Assembly (NCBI RefSeq): GCF_018977255.1
Contig: NW_024704742.1
Location: 58,468,001 to 58,532,000 of the forward strand
DNA length: 64,000 bases
Source: Callorhinchus milii
Taxonomy: Eukaryota
Direction: 5' to 3'
Shown: piece by piece, positions 37,431-50,390 of the stretch
How positions within the stretch are numbered: the stretch's first letter is position 1
Layout: each line of letters opens with the position of its first letter
The notes under the pieces: generated by a model
What the model was told of the DNA's origin: nothing
What the model saw: only the letters and a program-made list of their open reading frames with translations
Databases searched by the model: none
Program-made: the position numbers and the translations under genes

Positions 37431-38199
37431 GTAAAACACGATTGCTCTGGCCACCCCATCAGGAGGATTAGGTCAGTTGGATTCCAGGAGGGTCCCATGC
37501 TCTGCAGTAATATGGTGAACTCCAGCTCTGGGAGAAGGTAGACAACTGTTTGTGTTCTCACTTTATCTTCAGGTCATTAGAAATTCATCAAAGCTAATCA
37601 AATATAATTTGTGCCTCGTTATTACAGTTGGTTACGATGTTATTAAATTTACGCTTTACTTCATTAGTCTGCTTTAAAGCCTTGAAAGTGCTTTGAAACT
37701 TGTCCATGTAGTCTGAAGCTTGGGAATCTACATGAGGATTTGTGGATTTACAGAGGTGGTGCTCTCAGCAGCAATCTGTAGATAAATTCAATTTCTCACA
37801 TGGCCCTGCCCTGCATTAGAAAACTGTAGTTAGGCTGCTTAATGCTCAACTAAATTATGTTGGCAGTGAAAAACGTAACATTTCATTAACAGATTTGAGG
37901 TGATACACAGAATGCGTTATGAACATTGCATTTCTCATCCCTTTATGCATTTTCCCCCTTCTCTCTTTCAGATCTCCTGCTGGCAAGCAGGGCACAGCTT
38001 TTCTGGTCTGTATCACATTTACTTTGTGGATAGCAACTCAGAGGTGAGCGAGTGAATGATTGGGTCCAACTTTTTTCTCCTCTATCCCTGTAGGAGAGAG
38101 TGCGTGGAACCAATGTTTTTACAACTTCTTCAACAATATGTTTGCAGAAGCTATTTTCACTTAAAAATATAAAAATTGCAATAAAATAATAACAAGCTT

Positions 38200-38445
38200 A
38201 AGACACAGCAGGCATCTTGGCCCTTAGCATCTATGCTAGTGCTAGCTCCCACAATGGAGTTACATGTATCTACTTTTATCAAACCCACCTGCTCTTTTTC
38301 TATAACCTTTAATATATTTCTCCTCAAATATTTATACGATTCCCTTTTAAATGTTGGTTTAGACTCAGCTTCAACATCCATTTGTGCTAATACATTCCAC
38401 ATTCTAACAACTCTGTGTTAAAAATAATTTTTTTCTGACCTCTTC
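38200..38445 (-). mobile_element. CR1 3' fragment
   Basis: Minus ORF WNVLAQMDVEAESKPTFKRESYKYL resembles the CR1 ORF2 end. Confidence 0.75.
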
Positions 38446-39201
38446 TCTATAAATCCTTTGATGTACAATTACCTAAGGACTTGAAAATCATTCATATGCA
38501 TGGTTCCTGGATTTATACATAACCAGGTGATAGGACGTAACACATTTAAAGGCTACAAGTATAAAAAGAAAATATAACACTGTAACTCTAACAGCTTTTA
38601 AATGATTTTCAGTCTGTTAATGGTAAGTTATTTCTCTTTTTGTAACTTTGTTAAAAATGCAATTTTTAAATTTTAAATTTCTAAACTCAGATCAGGAACA
38701 CTATAATTTGATAGGGGTTATACTCAAAGCTGTATTTCTGATCCTTCTTTAACTGAAGCCAGTTGCATTATATCTAAATAGACATAGCTTGTGTTTGCAT
38801 AGTAATGTTGCCTTTTGCTCTGTGCCTATTCCCAGTACTGTACTTCCATGTGGACTTGCATTAAAGCCAACTGGAAGGCACTGATGCGAATAAGGCAAAG
38901 CCCAGAGTTTTAAAGGAAATGTTCATATTAATGGGTTTTACACAACTCCCAATTTACCACGGAACTGCTTGTATACTGATTGCACTTTCTCTCAGAGCCG
39001 TTCTGCCCAGGGGGTGGAATAATTGACAAAAACACTGCCGGGGATTTCTGCGATTTAAAGCAGTGAACTGAAATATGCCTGAAGAACGAAAACACACTGA
39101 GAAGTTGTGAGAAATTTACAACTTTTGTAAAACAGACAACACTGAACACAACGATGTGCCATCTAATTTACCTGCACTCATTTCAGCAATAACACACTAA
39201 C

Positions 39202-39418
39202 CTTTTGTTGAAAGGATTTTCCCCATGTAGGACATGACTGCTGTCTGGTCCAATAAGAAATTTGATGCGATCATAGAAGGACTTGGCAGCTTGCTGAGAG
39301 GGTGGCTGCTGGCTTTGACCAATAATATCTAGCGGGTCAGGAGACCCGCGGCAGGAAGGCTGTTTCTGGCAGGAACTGTGTAAGCAGCAATCAGGATCCA
39401 TGCAATCTACAAGTCCAT
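39202..39418 (-). CDS. TENM3: Teneurin-3 coding exon (cysteine-rich region, [12 protein letters not shown]...GENPFNK)
   Basis: Acceptor ctgcag|ATGGACTT, donor AAAG|gttagt; 217 nt, phase 1 to 2; [12 protein letters not shown] segment is TENM3-like as recalled. Confidence 0.96.
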
Positions 39419-40193
39419 CTGCAGAATGGAAATCAGTCAAGGGAGAAATGTATTAGTCACTATTCATCCACCACATTTGAAGAGCCCCAACTGCCCAGTT
39501 GGTTTTGTTAACTCACAAAATGCCAAACATCACTAAGGCCAGTGGAAAGCAAACCTTTGTGCCTGTATTCATGGATTGTAAACAACACAATTATCTTTAA
39601 GTTGTAACAGAATGTTAGAGAGAGATCTACCTATTTTGAAAGTCATCATTTTGGAAGTGTTTTGGACTCCTTCCTGGTGACACAAAGGAGTAAATGAAGA
39701 ACAGGGACCCGGCTGAAGCGAGGGTAGCTACCCTAACTACTGGAGTGTCTCAAGTTAGGCTACCGCCACCCCACCCCCCCCACCCCACCGCTCCTGCTGA
39801 ATCAAACCCCTGCGGCTTCAGAAGTAAATTGTTTCAACCCTTAACACACATTACTCCCACATCCATGCTGACAAACCTAATAAATCAATGCACTTTGCCT
39901 CAAGCACAATGCAATCAAAATTGATCAATGGATTCACAAAACGCATTTGTGCATGTAAACCTTTGAATGCCTGATAAAAGCAATCCCCCCCCAAAAATAA
40001 AACTGGTTCATGCAACTATTTGATGAAAATTAATGACTACTAATAGCAAGCATTTACCTTTTAAAATGAGCACCAACAGTGAGACACTTTCACAAAATAA
40101 TGAGAGACCTTCTGATGCCATTTAGCCCATTCAATCTCATATTTCCCGGATACCCATCCTACTGTGTTTCCTTAGCATTTGAAAAGATGATAA

Positions 40194-40560
40194 AATAATA
40201 ATAATCTTTGCATTTGATGTAGTAGTTTTCACATCGAGAAGCCATCTCAAAGTGCTTCACACAATTTTTTGTAAAGCGTAGTGGCTGTATGTTTTGTAGG
40301 CCAACACAGCTACCAATTTGTACACAGCAATATCGCACAAACAGCCATGAAGTGAATGACCAATTTTATCTGGGGGTTGTTTGGGTAGGATACCAGGAGA
40401 AACTCCTTTCTCTTTTTGAATAGTGTTATGAAAACTTTTAACGTCCACCTGAACAGGCAGATGGGACCATAGTTTAACATCTCATCTGAATGGACTGTAT
40501 CTCAAACATTTCCCTAGCGCTACATTGAATGTCAGCTGACAAAGTGAGTTCAAAGTCCTG
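40194..40560 (-). mobile_element. DeuSINE-like copy
   Basis: Tail, body and gtttaacatctcatctgaa Deu-like core. Confidence 0.82.
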
Positions 40561-40741
40561 ACCAATAGATGCCCATTGATGAAACTGGATAGTAAGGTCT
40601 TTCTCACTGTACAAATACAATCTCAGTTGAACCTCTTTACCGGATAGAATTGTCTTGCAATTCTGGGGTTATTTCCCCAATTACAAGCTTTAAAGCGCAT
40701 TGGAATTTTTCACAACAGCATTGTGTTAACAGTTCAGTCTT

Positions 40742-41055
40742 GTAGTCCTGCAGCTCAGTGGTTAGAGCACTCGCCTTATAAGCGAGACACCTGGGTTCAA
40801 TTCCAGGCAGGGTGAAACCTTGGGCAAGTTTCCTTACTCCACACGCCTAATAATAATCCCTCCAAAACAAAACAATAATAAATTGGTCATTTTCAATCAA
40901 CGACTGTTTGTGGGACACTGCTGTGCGCAATTAGCTGCTGCGTTTCGCCCACAAATATTCAGTCAATTCACTTTACAGTCTATTCTGTGAAGCGCTTTGA
41001 GACGTCAAGAAGACGTGAAAAGCGCTATATCAAATGTAAGAATTATTATTATTAT
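40742..41055 (+). mobile_element. Young full-length tRNA-derived SINE (about 315 bp), copy 1
   Basis: A box AGCTCAGTGG, B box GTTCAATTC, L2-type 3' stem-loop and (ATT)n tail; closely similar to copies at 46986 and 60681. Confidence 0.93.
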
Positions 41056-41369
41056 AAGTGAGGTTGATACTATATCCCATTTTTTACAACAACTATAAAA
41101 TTGCACAATATTGTACTTTGAAAACTGCTTAGCAAAACAGTGGGGAACAGTATCAATTATTGTGCATACCTTATAATTAACTGGTAATGAATTCAAAGCC
41201 AATTCAAGGAAACATTATTTTAATTAAAGTTCAATAGGATGAGGGAAGTGTTTTGATCATTTGGAAGTGTTGTTCAGTGTCCGTGTCTTTTTATCTTTAA
41301 ACATTGGGAACAGCAGCTGAATTTTGCTTTCTTTTTCTAAGATCCAGCAGAGTTCTTTCTCGGACAAGG

Positions 41370-41675
41370 GAGTTTCTCCTGGTATCGTGATCAACAATCG
41401 CCCAGATAAAACTGATCATTGGTTTCATGGTTGTTTGTGGGACATTACTGTATGCAAATTGCCTGCTAAGGAACATAAGAACAGGAGTAGGCCATTGAGC
41501 CCCTTGAGCCTGTTCCGCTATTCTATTAGATCATGGTTGATCTATACCTCAACTTCAATTGAGTGTTTTGGCTACAAAATGCAGGCGTAACACTGTACAG
41601 TAAAAACCTGTGAAGCGCTTTGAGACATCCTCCCAACGAGAGAGTCACTTTATCAAATGTAAGCATTATTATGAA
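41370..41675 (+). mobile_element. DeuSINE-like 3' half with a nested antisense CR1 tail (about 41470-41560)
   Basis: SINE sequence breaks after caaattgcctgct and resumes at gtgttttggctacaaaat. Confidence 0.75.
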
Positions 41676-44600
41676 TTCTTGTCCGGTAACCATTCCCAGG
41701 ATCTTGTTTTCTGTATACCTGAATGTCAATTGGGAAAAATAGAGTAAAAATGATCAAGACCAAGAATGTGGTCTCTCTCCTCCACCTCAGTGCCATTTCC
41801 AGTCAGGGCGTGAGCAAGACACTTATATGCAAACCTTTAGAACTCTAAATCCTGTCAGGTTGCACAATAGCAGTTTGGAGTGATGTATATGTCCTTCAAC
41901 TTTTACCTCCATTCTTTGTGAAGTTTTGACCTCCACTCATCCGCTGGGGTCCAATGATATTACCATAATAGAGGCTCTGAGAGGGTCTTCTTTACCAGTT
42001 TCCTTCCTCTCCACTGTCTAACCCTTTTTAAAAATAGTCTTTCAAAAAGAATAGAGTTGAAATATAAAACACCGGTATTCACTTGATTCCCTTCCTTTGT
42101 ATTTACAGTGCAGTATTCTGCAGAGTAAATACAATTGCAGAACTAAAAGAGTTAATGTTTTCTTTTAGCACTGCTGTATAATTCCTCCCCCAGGAAATAT
42201 AGAGAGAAGTACAGAAAGAGGCACGCTGAAATTTAGTAATTCGTCTTTGTTAGATTATGTAAAGCAAATGTACATCTGGTGTGTAGTCTGCAGGTCATAA
42301 AACTGCATGAGATTGACACCCTCAGAACTAATCATCTGGAAATGCATTTTTACAAGCTTCTCTACGAACATCAATCAGAAACAAGAATCTCATTTTCAGC
42401 TGTTGAGAAGGAGCCTGAAGTGTTTGGTTATTTTGTGATGGAGTTTATCAGCTACTTGCTCGAGTGAGTGACGGATAGCTGCTGAACTGTTTTTTTCTCG
42501 AATTGAGAAGCTATTTGTCATTGTGCAATGTGTTCAAAGAGCCCAGAATTATTTACTTGCTTTAACTTCATTGCACTGCTGTTCAAGTAGTTCAGGCAAG
42601 ACTAGCTGTGCAGAATTGCATTGCAATGGGAGAATTGAGGTTTCTACTGGCTTGTCACATTGTGAAATGCACTTTGTACTGAATAGATCTTATCACATTA
42701 GAGCTATCTCCATTACAGAAACTGGTCAAAAAGCCAGGAAACTAATAATAGTAAATCTGAGATCTCAGCATCTCTGACAACAGTGGTTTTCAAATGAAAA
42801 TTATGGAATAAGATAGGTACATGGAAGATTTACACAAAGATTTTGTAGGATATCGTTACTGCTGGAATGTATGAGGGGCCTTAACTACAAGAAATAGAGG
42901 CATAGAATTTTTCAATAACTGCATTACCAGCATTTTGAGGTGATCATGCTCTGTTCTGGTGACTAAACAGTAGAACGCCATATGACTGACTACTTGCATA
43001 TCCGCTTATCCACATTGTGACCCTGAGATGTGGAAGGGAAGCTGGTGTGTGTTGTCAGCAAAACATTTTTAGTTTACATGTATGGCATGTGACTGTGAGT
43101 ACTGGTAGGAATGCACCCTGCATACTTAATTCTGGAGAGTATTAGGGGCTGGTTAATAAGAGCCAAGGTTTGGGGACTTTAGAGTGTACATTGGGATACT
43201 ACCAGAGTTTAACTAACTAAAACTACAATAGCTTGCCATTGAGAGTACTGTAAGGCAAGCTTTCTGTTGCTTATCCTATCCATAAGGAATTTGACTCGCA
43301 GAGTTAATAGAAGCTGAGAGGGGAGAGTCCCTGCTCCCAGTGACTGGATTGCCCCTCCAAATCCTGTTGATGAGCCAGACATACAAACACACACAAACAA
43401 CAGAGGCCGATATATACACTTTTTCCAGTTACCCAATTAGGCCAGTCCCAATTAATGCAGATATGGCATTCACTGCTGCAGTAACCTTTACCTTTACACG
43501 TAAGACCTAACAAAACATTCACTGCAGCTGTTGAATATTGTATGATAACCTTTGGTATACTAATATGTTATAATATTGTACAGTGTCACTATTCATTTGT
43601 AGTGTGGAGATAGTTGAACCATGCATAGAAATCATTCGAGAAAGCTCCAAGGATTAGTGGCAATTCATTTGTAATACGAAGAACATACACACAGGAGTGA
43701 GTTACCAGGCTATAACACATGAGACAACACAATGTCATAAACTGTGAGAGTGAACCCTACAGCTTCTAAGTGTGCTGCCATCGGAATCAAAATATTCATA
43801 TGAGATTTAGCGCTATTGATTTTTTTTGTAAATGGTGTTGGCAGTGCCAGCAGTGGGAATTAGACTGAGTGGCTGAACTGAGTGAGAATTGGCTGGAGGG
43901 ATTGGGTGCATTGGCTGTCACTATTGTATGATGTTGCACAAACTGATATGATGTTACTTGACTCAAATTGGGATAGAACACATTTTCTTATTCTGGACTT
44001 GCTTGAATTGTAACATTTTTATTTCTACTATAATAAAATATCACCCTTCCCCCTTCTCTCTTGCTTGGCGTCCAACCCCGCCATTGTGAAGCGCTCCAAG
44101 ACATTACCCTACACGGAAGGTGCTATATAAATCCAAGATGTTATTTTGCTGTTGAAAGGGTAAAAAAGTGCCAGACAAAAGTTTTTTTTTAGCATATCAT
44201 TCTGAATCAATCGTTTGCAATGACATTTTTTGAGAAAAATGTCATCCCTTCTTCTCTGAAGGAAGTGTCAGTGCTCAATTGAGGTTATCATGCATTGCTG
44301 TGAAGCAAACAGCAAAAAGATTCAATACCTTTGCGGGAGAGTGTGCACATTCCAATCCAGCCGGCCCCACAATGAAAAATTTGCTCCTTTGTGGTTTGCA
44401 TACCAGTATGCAGCCCAAGGTTATAAGCAGGGCAAAATCATTGACAAACTGAAATGCAAAAGCATTTAATCTGGAACAAGTACCGTAGCCCAACCAGGCC
44501 TCAGTAAGATCGATTAAAGAGGAATTTGAACCTTGCCTTGAGTATAATTGTGAATCCCTGGTAGTGATGGCTCAGTGAATTAGAATTGTGTTTTCAGTTC

Positions 44601-44974
44601 TGAAACATAAGTTCAAATAGGATGAAAATCTTTTTCTGACGGATGTAAAAGTTCTAAATGAAATCAGTCTTAAACTTGCTGCCTTCAGCTTGTATATGAA
44701 GGGCATGAAGAACAGTGCTTATAGGGTGTTCTAGCTCAAGTATGTAGCATTGGAAAGCAAGCAGAGGTAGGGGGCAAGGATGATTGGTCAGCCGGGTGAC
44801 TGACACATTCAGAAACCCAACACCATACTTAAGATATCTGAAGATCCACATATGTATGCCACATACACATGGAAATTTCCTTGTGGCTGGATTGGAATGT
44901 GCACACTCTCCCTGGAAGGATGTACCCAGAATGTGTGTTGGGGTACTGCTGGAGTTTAACAAATTAAAACATTA

Positions 44975-45180
44975 TATATAGCTTGGAATTGAAAGCACTC
45001 TCTGGCAAGCTTCCAGCTGCTTGTCCTGTGAGGACCGCCCAATTCATTGGGATTTGGGCTTGCAGGGTTAACAGGAGCCGAATGGGAGGAATTGCTACTC
45101 CTAGTGACATGGAGGGAACATGACACTCTCTTTGGCAGAAAGATGGTTGGGTAAACTGAAGGTTAGAGAGGCCCCAAGAC
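44975..45180. repeat. Unclassified interspersed repeat; relatives at about 9270-9375 and 43225-43370
   Basis: Shared ggca(a/g)gctt(t/c)c.g.tgctt.tc followed by cat.ggg.ttt...gcag.gttaa. Confidence 0.55.
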
Positions 45181-46985
45181 TGGAATGGAAAATAGAAATA
45201 GCATACAGGTGCAGTGTCAGCTGCTCTTCTGATGATGTAAATAACAGTTGTTGGACCGTGAAACTCCACCCTCCATCTGACCTATGCTGTACCTGACCTG
45301 GATGCACTTAATACAGACAGTGGGTACAAAACGTATAAAAACACATTCCTTAATATTCTTTAACATTTCACTTTCATTGCTTGGGTTTAGTTATTTTTTT
45401 GATAAAACAATCCTTGCATTGATATAGTGTGATTCACGTAAGGAGGATTCCTCCAAAGTGCCTCACTGAATTTGTGCAAATCAATGCATGTCTGGACTTT
45501 AAGCTTGTGGTCTCATACAAAACCACCTAGTTGAGTATACCTAGTTAGAAGGTTATGCTTGAAGGCTTAGTTGAGGAAGGGCAGGAGGAGGCTCATGTGG
45601 AGCATAAACACTGGCATAGACCAGTTGGACCGAATGGCCTGTTTCTTTGCTGTATATTCTAATATATTCTAATGTAATGTATACAAAACGACCAGTTGAA
45701 TATTTCTCTGCTAAAGTTGGCAATGATATTAATTATTTTGCCCTTGCATAACATTAGCTCACTGCAGTATTAATTTGGCTAAAGATCTGAATAGTAACTA
45801 AACCACTAACATTTCTGCAAAGCCATTGATTAATGATAAATTCAACATCCAATAGACATCTGCATTCAGGCAGAAACAATTCTGTTTACCGGGATATCTC
45901 AGCAGAGAATAAGTCAATTAAAGCTTGGTAAATTAATTGTCATTCACCTCAATATTACAGTCAATGGATCAGAAAGTCAAAATTGCCATCCCAAAAGTGC
46001 AACTGTTCACCAGCTTCTCATTGATGACTAATCCTTGACCTATTTTCAGAGGCTTCACACTTGAATTTGGAGTGCAGTGTCCCATTATTTTTATGCACAA
46101 TTTGACTGGATGCAATCAAAAAAATGTTCCCTTCACTGCATTGCACAGTGTTCCCTTTAGTGCAAATGCATTCAACTGAGTCAAGTGTGTGTGAGTTATA
46201 GGCAGTCCTTTGAACTGAGCTTTGCAACCTTTAAGCTAGGGATGCAGCACTCAATCATGGAGTTCACAATTGTCCTTCAATAGTTCACATTTAATGGTGA
46301 TAAGTTAAATGCACCATGAAATCCACTACATAAGCACCATACATTTGTTTTTAAAATTATTATTTTTCTAAAAAATATTATCAAGCAGTTATGCAGGAAT
46401 TCTTGAGTCAAGGAGCATTAAAGCTTGCATGGTACAATTAGGGTTTCATGGTAAACAGATATATATTATCAGGTTTTATATTCAGGTGCACCACTTGTCT
46501 ACAGGGCTGGTAACACCCCTAGGCCAAACAGTGGAGTGGATAAAATCAGATATTTCTGGTCCATGAACCAATGTGTTACACACAAAAGCAATTACTTTTT
46601 TGTTCTTTGTATCTCAGTTGATTGAAATCAACGTGAAAAATACAGCTTTTACACCAGTGCAACCTGAACCAACTTTTCTGATTACATTATAAATTAATTC
46701 CGTCTGCCTTGTCATTCAGGAGGAAATAAAATGAATCATCGCACTGTAATTGGCTGCTCATCTCATTGTTGTTTATGGGCTGTTGCTGGAAAAGATTAGC
46801 TGCCATGTTTGCCTATTTTACAATATTCACATCTTTCTTATAAATTTTACTTCCTAAACTCTGCGGGATGTTTATTTGAAAGGTACTAATGTACATGAGT
46901 GAAGGCTATTATCATTATTACACTCATTTGTAAGTTAGTAAAGTTATGCTACAAAATATTTCAATGTTACCAATACCTGAGGCTA

Positions 46986-47311
46986 TTAATAATCCTAATA
47001 ATAAGCCTTGCATTTGATATAGCGCTTTTCACGTCGGGAGGATGTCCCAAAGCGCTTCACAGAACACACTGTAAAGTGAATTGACTGTATATTTGTGGGC
47101 GAACGCGGCAGCCAATTGCGCATAGCAATGTCCCACAAACAGTCGTAGATTGAAAAAGACCAATTTATTATTGTTTTGGGTTTTGGAGGGATTATTATTG
47201 AGCTCAGTGTGGAGTAAGGAAACTTGCCCAAGGTTTCGCCCTCTGCCTGGAATTGAACTCAGGTCTCTCGCTTGCAAAGCAAGTGCTCTAACCACTGAGC
47301 TACAGGACTCC
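46986..47311 (-). mobile_element. Young full-length tRNA-derived SINE, copy 2
   Basis: Reverse complement begins GGAGTCCTGTAGCTCAGTGGTTAGAGCAC; same body and tail. Confidence 0.93.
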
Positions 47312-49778
47312 ACTATAAGTTAAACTAATCTAAGGTGGGGACTACCCCTTGTTTGGGTAGTTAGGACCTCTTCCAAACAAATATAATGGCTGCTGGTTAT
47401 ATGTGTGCACTTAAGTAGTTGATAGTATGCTTCAAACTCACTAATGATGCCTCATGTATTTCTCTTAACGGGTGTCAAGAGTAATTTGCCCACTACTTTA
47501 ATTCCTTGTATGTCTGGAAATGCTTTCCCCTCAAAGTAGGTCTGAAATAAGGAATGCCGTAAGGAAAAGGGTTGTAAGTAAGTACACCCTCTTAATATGT
47601 GAATGCAAACAGGAACGATGAACATACTTTACAACATTCAAAATGGGATTCTTAAATTATGGATATTGCAACTTCAAATCGAAGTCCAAAGAGAATTTAT
47701 TTTCCATTGCCGAAACATTTTTTACACCTAAATATTTCTATTTTTGCCTTGACTTTACGATTTTTCTATATATTAAACCCCATCCATTGCACTTCAAAAA
47801 TAACTGCTATTCCTAGTTTTTCTTCATGTCGTCCATCAAAGTGCTGAACACTAGACATCAACTTCACCAGCTAATCACTTCACCAGCACATTGTATTTAA
47901 TGAAAAACTCTCAGCATGCTACTAAGGTCTGACTGATGGGGTGCCGTGTTTGAAGTTTTCTTTTGCTTATTCATTTTTAAAGGCTTCATTTCATGTGTTC
48001 TTTAGTACCAGAATACCACACAATTGCAGATTTTTGAGTGCACAAGGAAGGAAACCTAAATATAGATTAAAGCCAACATGCTAGCCAATTTATTAGCATC
48101 TAATGTATTTCTCTATTCACAACAATTGAAGATGAAGTTACACTCAAACGTAAAGGAATACGAAATGAAAGTATTATGAATATTCAAATTGTTCCAATGT
48201 TCATGTCCCTTTACTTTATAACCTTCTGTGAGGGTTTTGGAGATGGGAGTTGTAATAAGATAATACTAATCCTTGTGTTTGATGTGGGAACCAATGATGC
48301 TGTCGAGATGCCTCAAAACACTTCACAGGATTTACTGTGAATGTATATTTTGCAGGGGAACATGGTACAGCAATGTTCCACAGGCGGTCATGAAGTGAAT
48401 GACTTTTTCTTATCTGGGGGTTGCAAACACTAACTAATAATTTTTGCACTCTGGATCATACCCACTCATGCCAAAATTGAAACGTATTTAATGGGGACAC
48501 CCTCTAAGCTGGCAAAGAAGAATAAACACAACTTTCTTCCCATCAAGTCTGCTTTCAACATTCCATCATAAGGGACTTACAGAATCTAAACTAAATGGGG
48601 ATCATGCTTTTGAGAACAGTTGTTGCAAAAAAAGTTACAAAATATTATATTTTCATCTGTAGAATGAAAAATTAGCAAATTAACAGCCGGTTCTAAGCAG
48701 CTACTTCCCGGATCCTTTCTCTGTGTTACTAATTGAAGCCAAGCTGCTGGGACACATGCCCACAATTGCAGATTGTGCTTGTCCTTGCTTCTAAAATACT
48801 GTTACAACCAAGTCTCTTACTGTGAAGGAAGTGCGCCTCCTGGGACCGTTTGTACAGGGAAATCTGTCCACAGTAAAGCCAACAGGCAAAGCAGGAAAAC
48901 AGCAAAATGACAAGATTCTGGCAGAGAAATGGCATGCAGCAAAGAAACCTGGATTCCTTGTTCATAGCGCAGGACACAACTGAAATATATTACTGCTGCA
49001 GGGGATTGAGTTTGTAAAAAGCCTTAAAAAGTGAGCTTTTTTTTTAAACAGATAAGAGGTGAGTTCTTCTGTAACATGTATCAAAAAGAATGATCGATGA
49101 CCTCTCACTCTGTAATGAACAATTGACATTATTAAACCTCTCCCTTAATGTTTAAGGTCTTTAAAAGTAATGACCAAGACTCATTACGTTATCTCCTACA
49201 AGCAGAGTTAAGCTGATCCAAAGCATCAAGAAGTTCATTAAAACATAATATTGCTACATACTATTAAAGAGACGTGGATTGCTGTCAACAGGGGTCTGGT
49301 GGTATTTTTTGACTCATTTGGTTCCTGCCATCAATGTTTTAACTCCTTGCAAAACAACATAGGACCCTTAACGTAGGTTAACATCTCGGGGTGTTTCACA
49401 AGGACGGGGTCGGATGCTGAGCAAGGTAGAAGGGGAAGGGATGGTGACTGTAGACACAGTTGAATAGGTTTTTGGGTGGAATCTGTAGTCGGGTAGAAAG
49501 GAACGAGGTGGAGAGGTAGAGAGATGCAGAAATTAAGGTTAAGATTAACAAGTTGCCCCTAGCTTTTTGCCGCTAAGTTGAATTTGAACTCTCGTTTTGT
49601 TTTGTCGAATGGTTTGTTAGAATCACATCTCTATTACGGGTCTGTAATCATCAGGATGCTAAACAGCTTTAAAATGCCAGGGATCATTCCATAATTTGCT
49701 TTTGTTCATTCAGGAGATTTTCTGTTGACCTCCACTGATGTTTCTACAGGTGAAGTGTTCACGTTTCTTTGCGCTTAC

Positions 49779-49925
49779 CTCCTTCATTGTCCTTGCTGTC
49801 GGAGCAAGCAGTCTCCATAGCAACATCGCATCCCGTTCCTCTCCACCCCATCTGGCAGACGCAGTGCCAGCCATTTTGGTCGAGGGTACATCTTCCATTA
49901 CTATTGCAAAGTCCAGGGCAACCTT
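49779..49925 (-). CDS. TENM3: Teneurin-3 coding exon (EGF8, [25 protein letters not shown]...SKDNEG)
   Basis: Acceptor tggcag|AAGGTTGC, donor GGAG|gtaagc; 147 nt, phase 1 to 1. Confidence 0.96.
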
Positions 49926-50221
49926 CTGCCAATGACAAAAGGACATAGATAATAAATACCAAACACACCACTTATGTTCTGCTCTGTTATGCAAGTAAAC
50001 AAGAATGAAAGAGCAGCAGCTACAAGCCTTTTTAAAAGCACGCAAATCATAATTTCACATGGATAAACTGTGGCCTTGTACAATAGAAACTGAACATTTG
50101 TTCCTCTTTGAAAGGACAAATATCTTACATTTTTCATGATGTACTGCAGAATAGTTCTAAGAGTAGTAATTGCAATAAAATGCCCAACTTTCAATGTGTA
50201 AGATTCATGTGAGGGTTTTAA

Positions 50222-50390
50222 GATATAGAATATTACGGCACAGAAGGAGGCCATTCGACCCATTGTGCCTGTGCCGGCTCTTTGGAAGAGCTACCCAGTC
50301 AGTCCCACTTCCCCCGCTCTTTCCCCATACCCCTGCAATTTTTTCCTTTTCAAGAATCTATCTGATTCCTTTTTGAATCTGTTTCCACCG
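50222..50390 (-). mobile_element. CR1 3' UTR fragment
   Basis: Reverse complement of CR1 terminus: gcacagaaggaggccattcgacccattgtgcctgtgccggctc. Confidence 0.8.

Noticed and set aside
47029..47313. Near-identical short ORFs here and at 60697..60957 suggesting a small gene family
   Set aside because: Chance open frames within the young SINE
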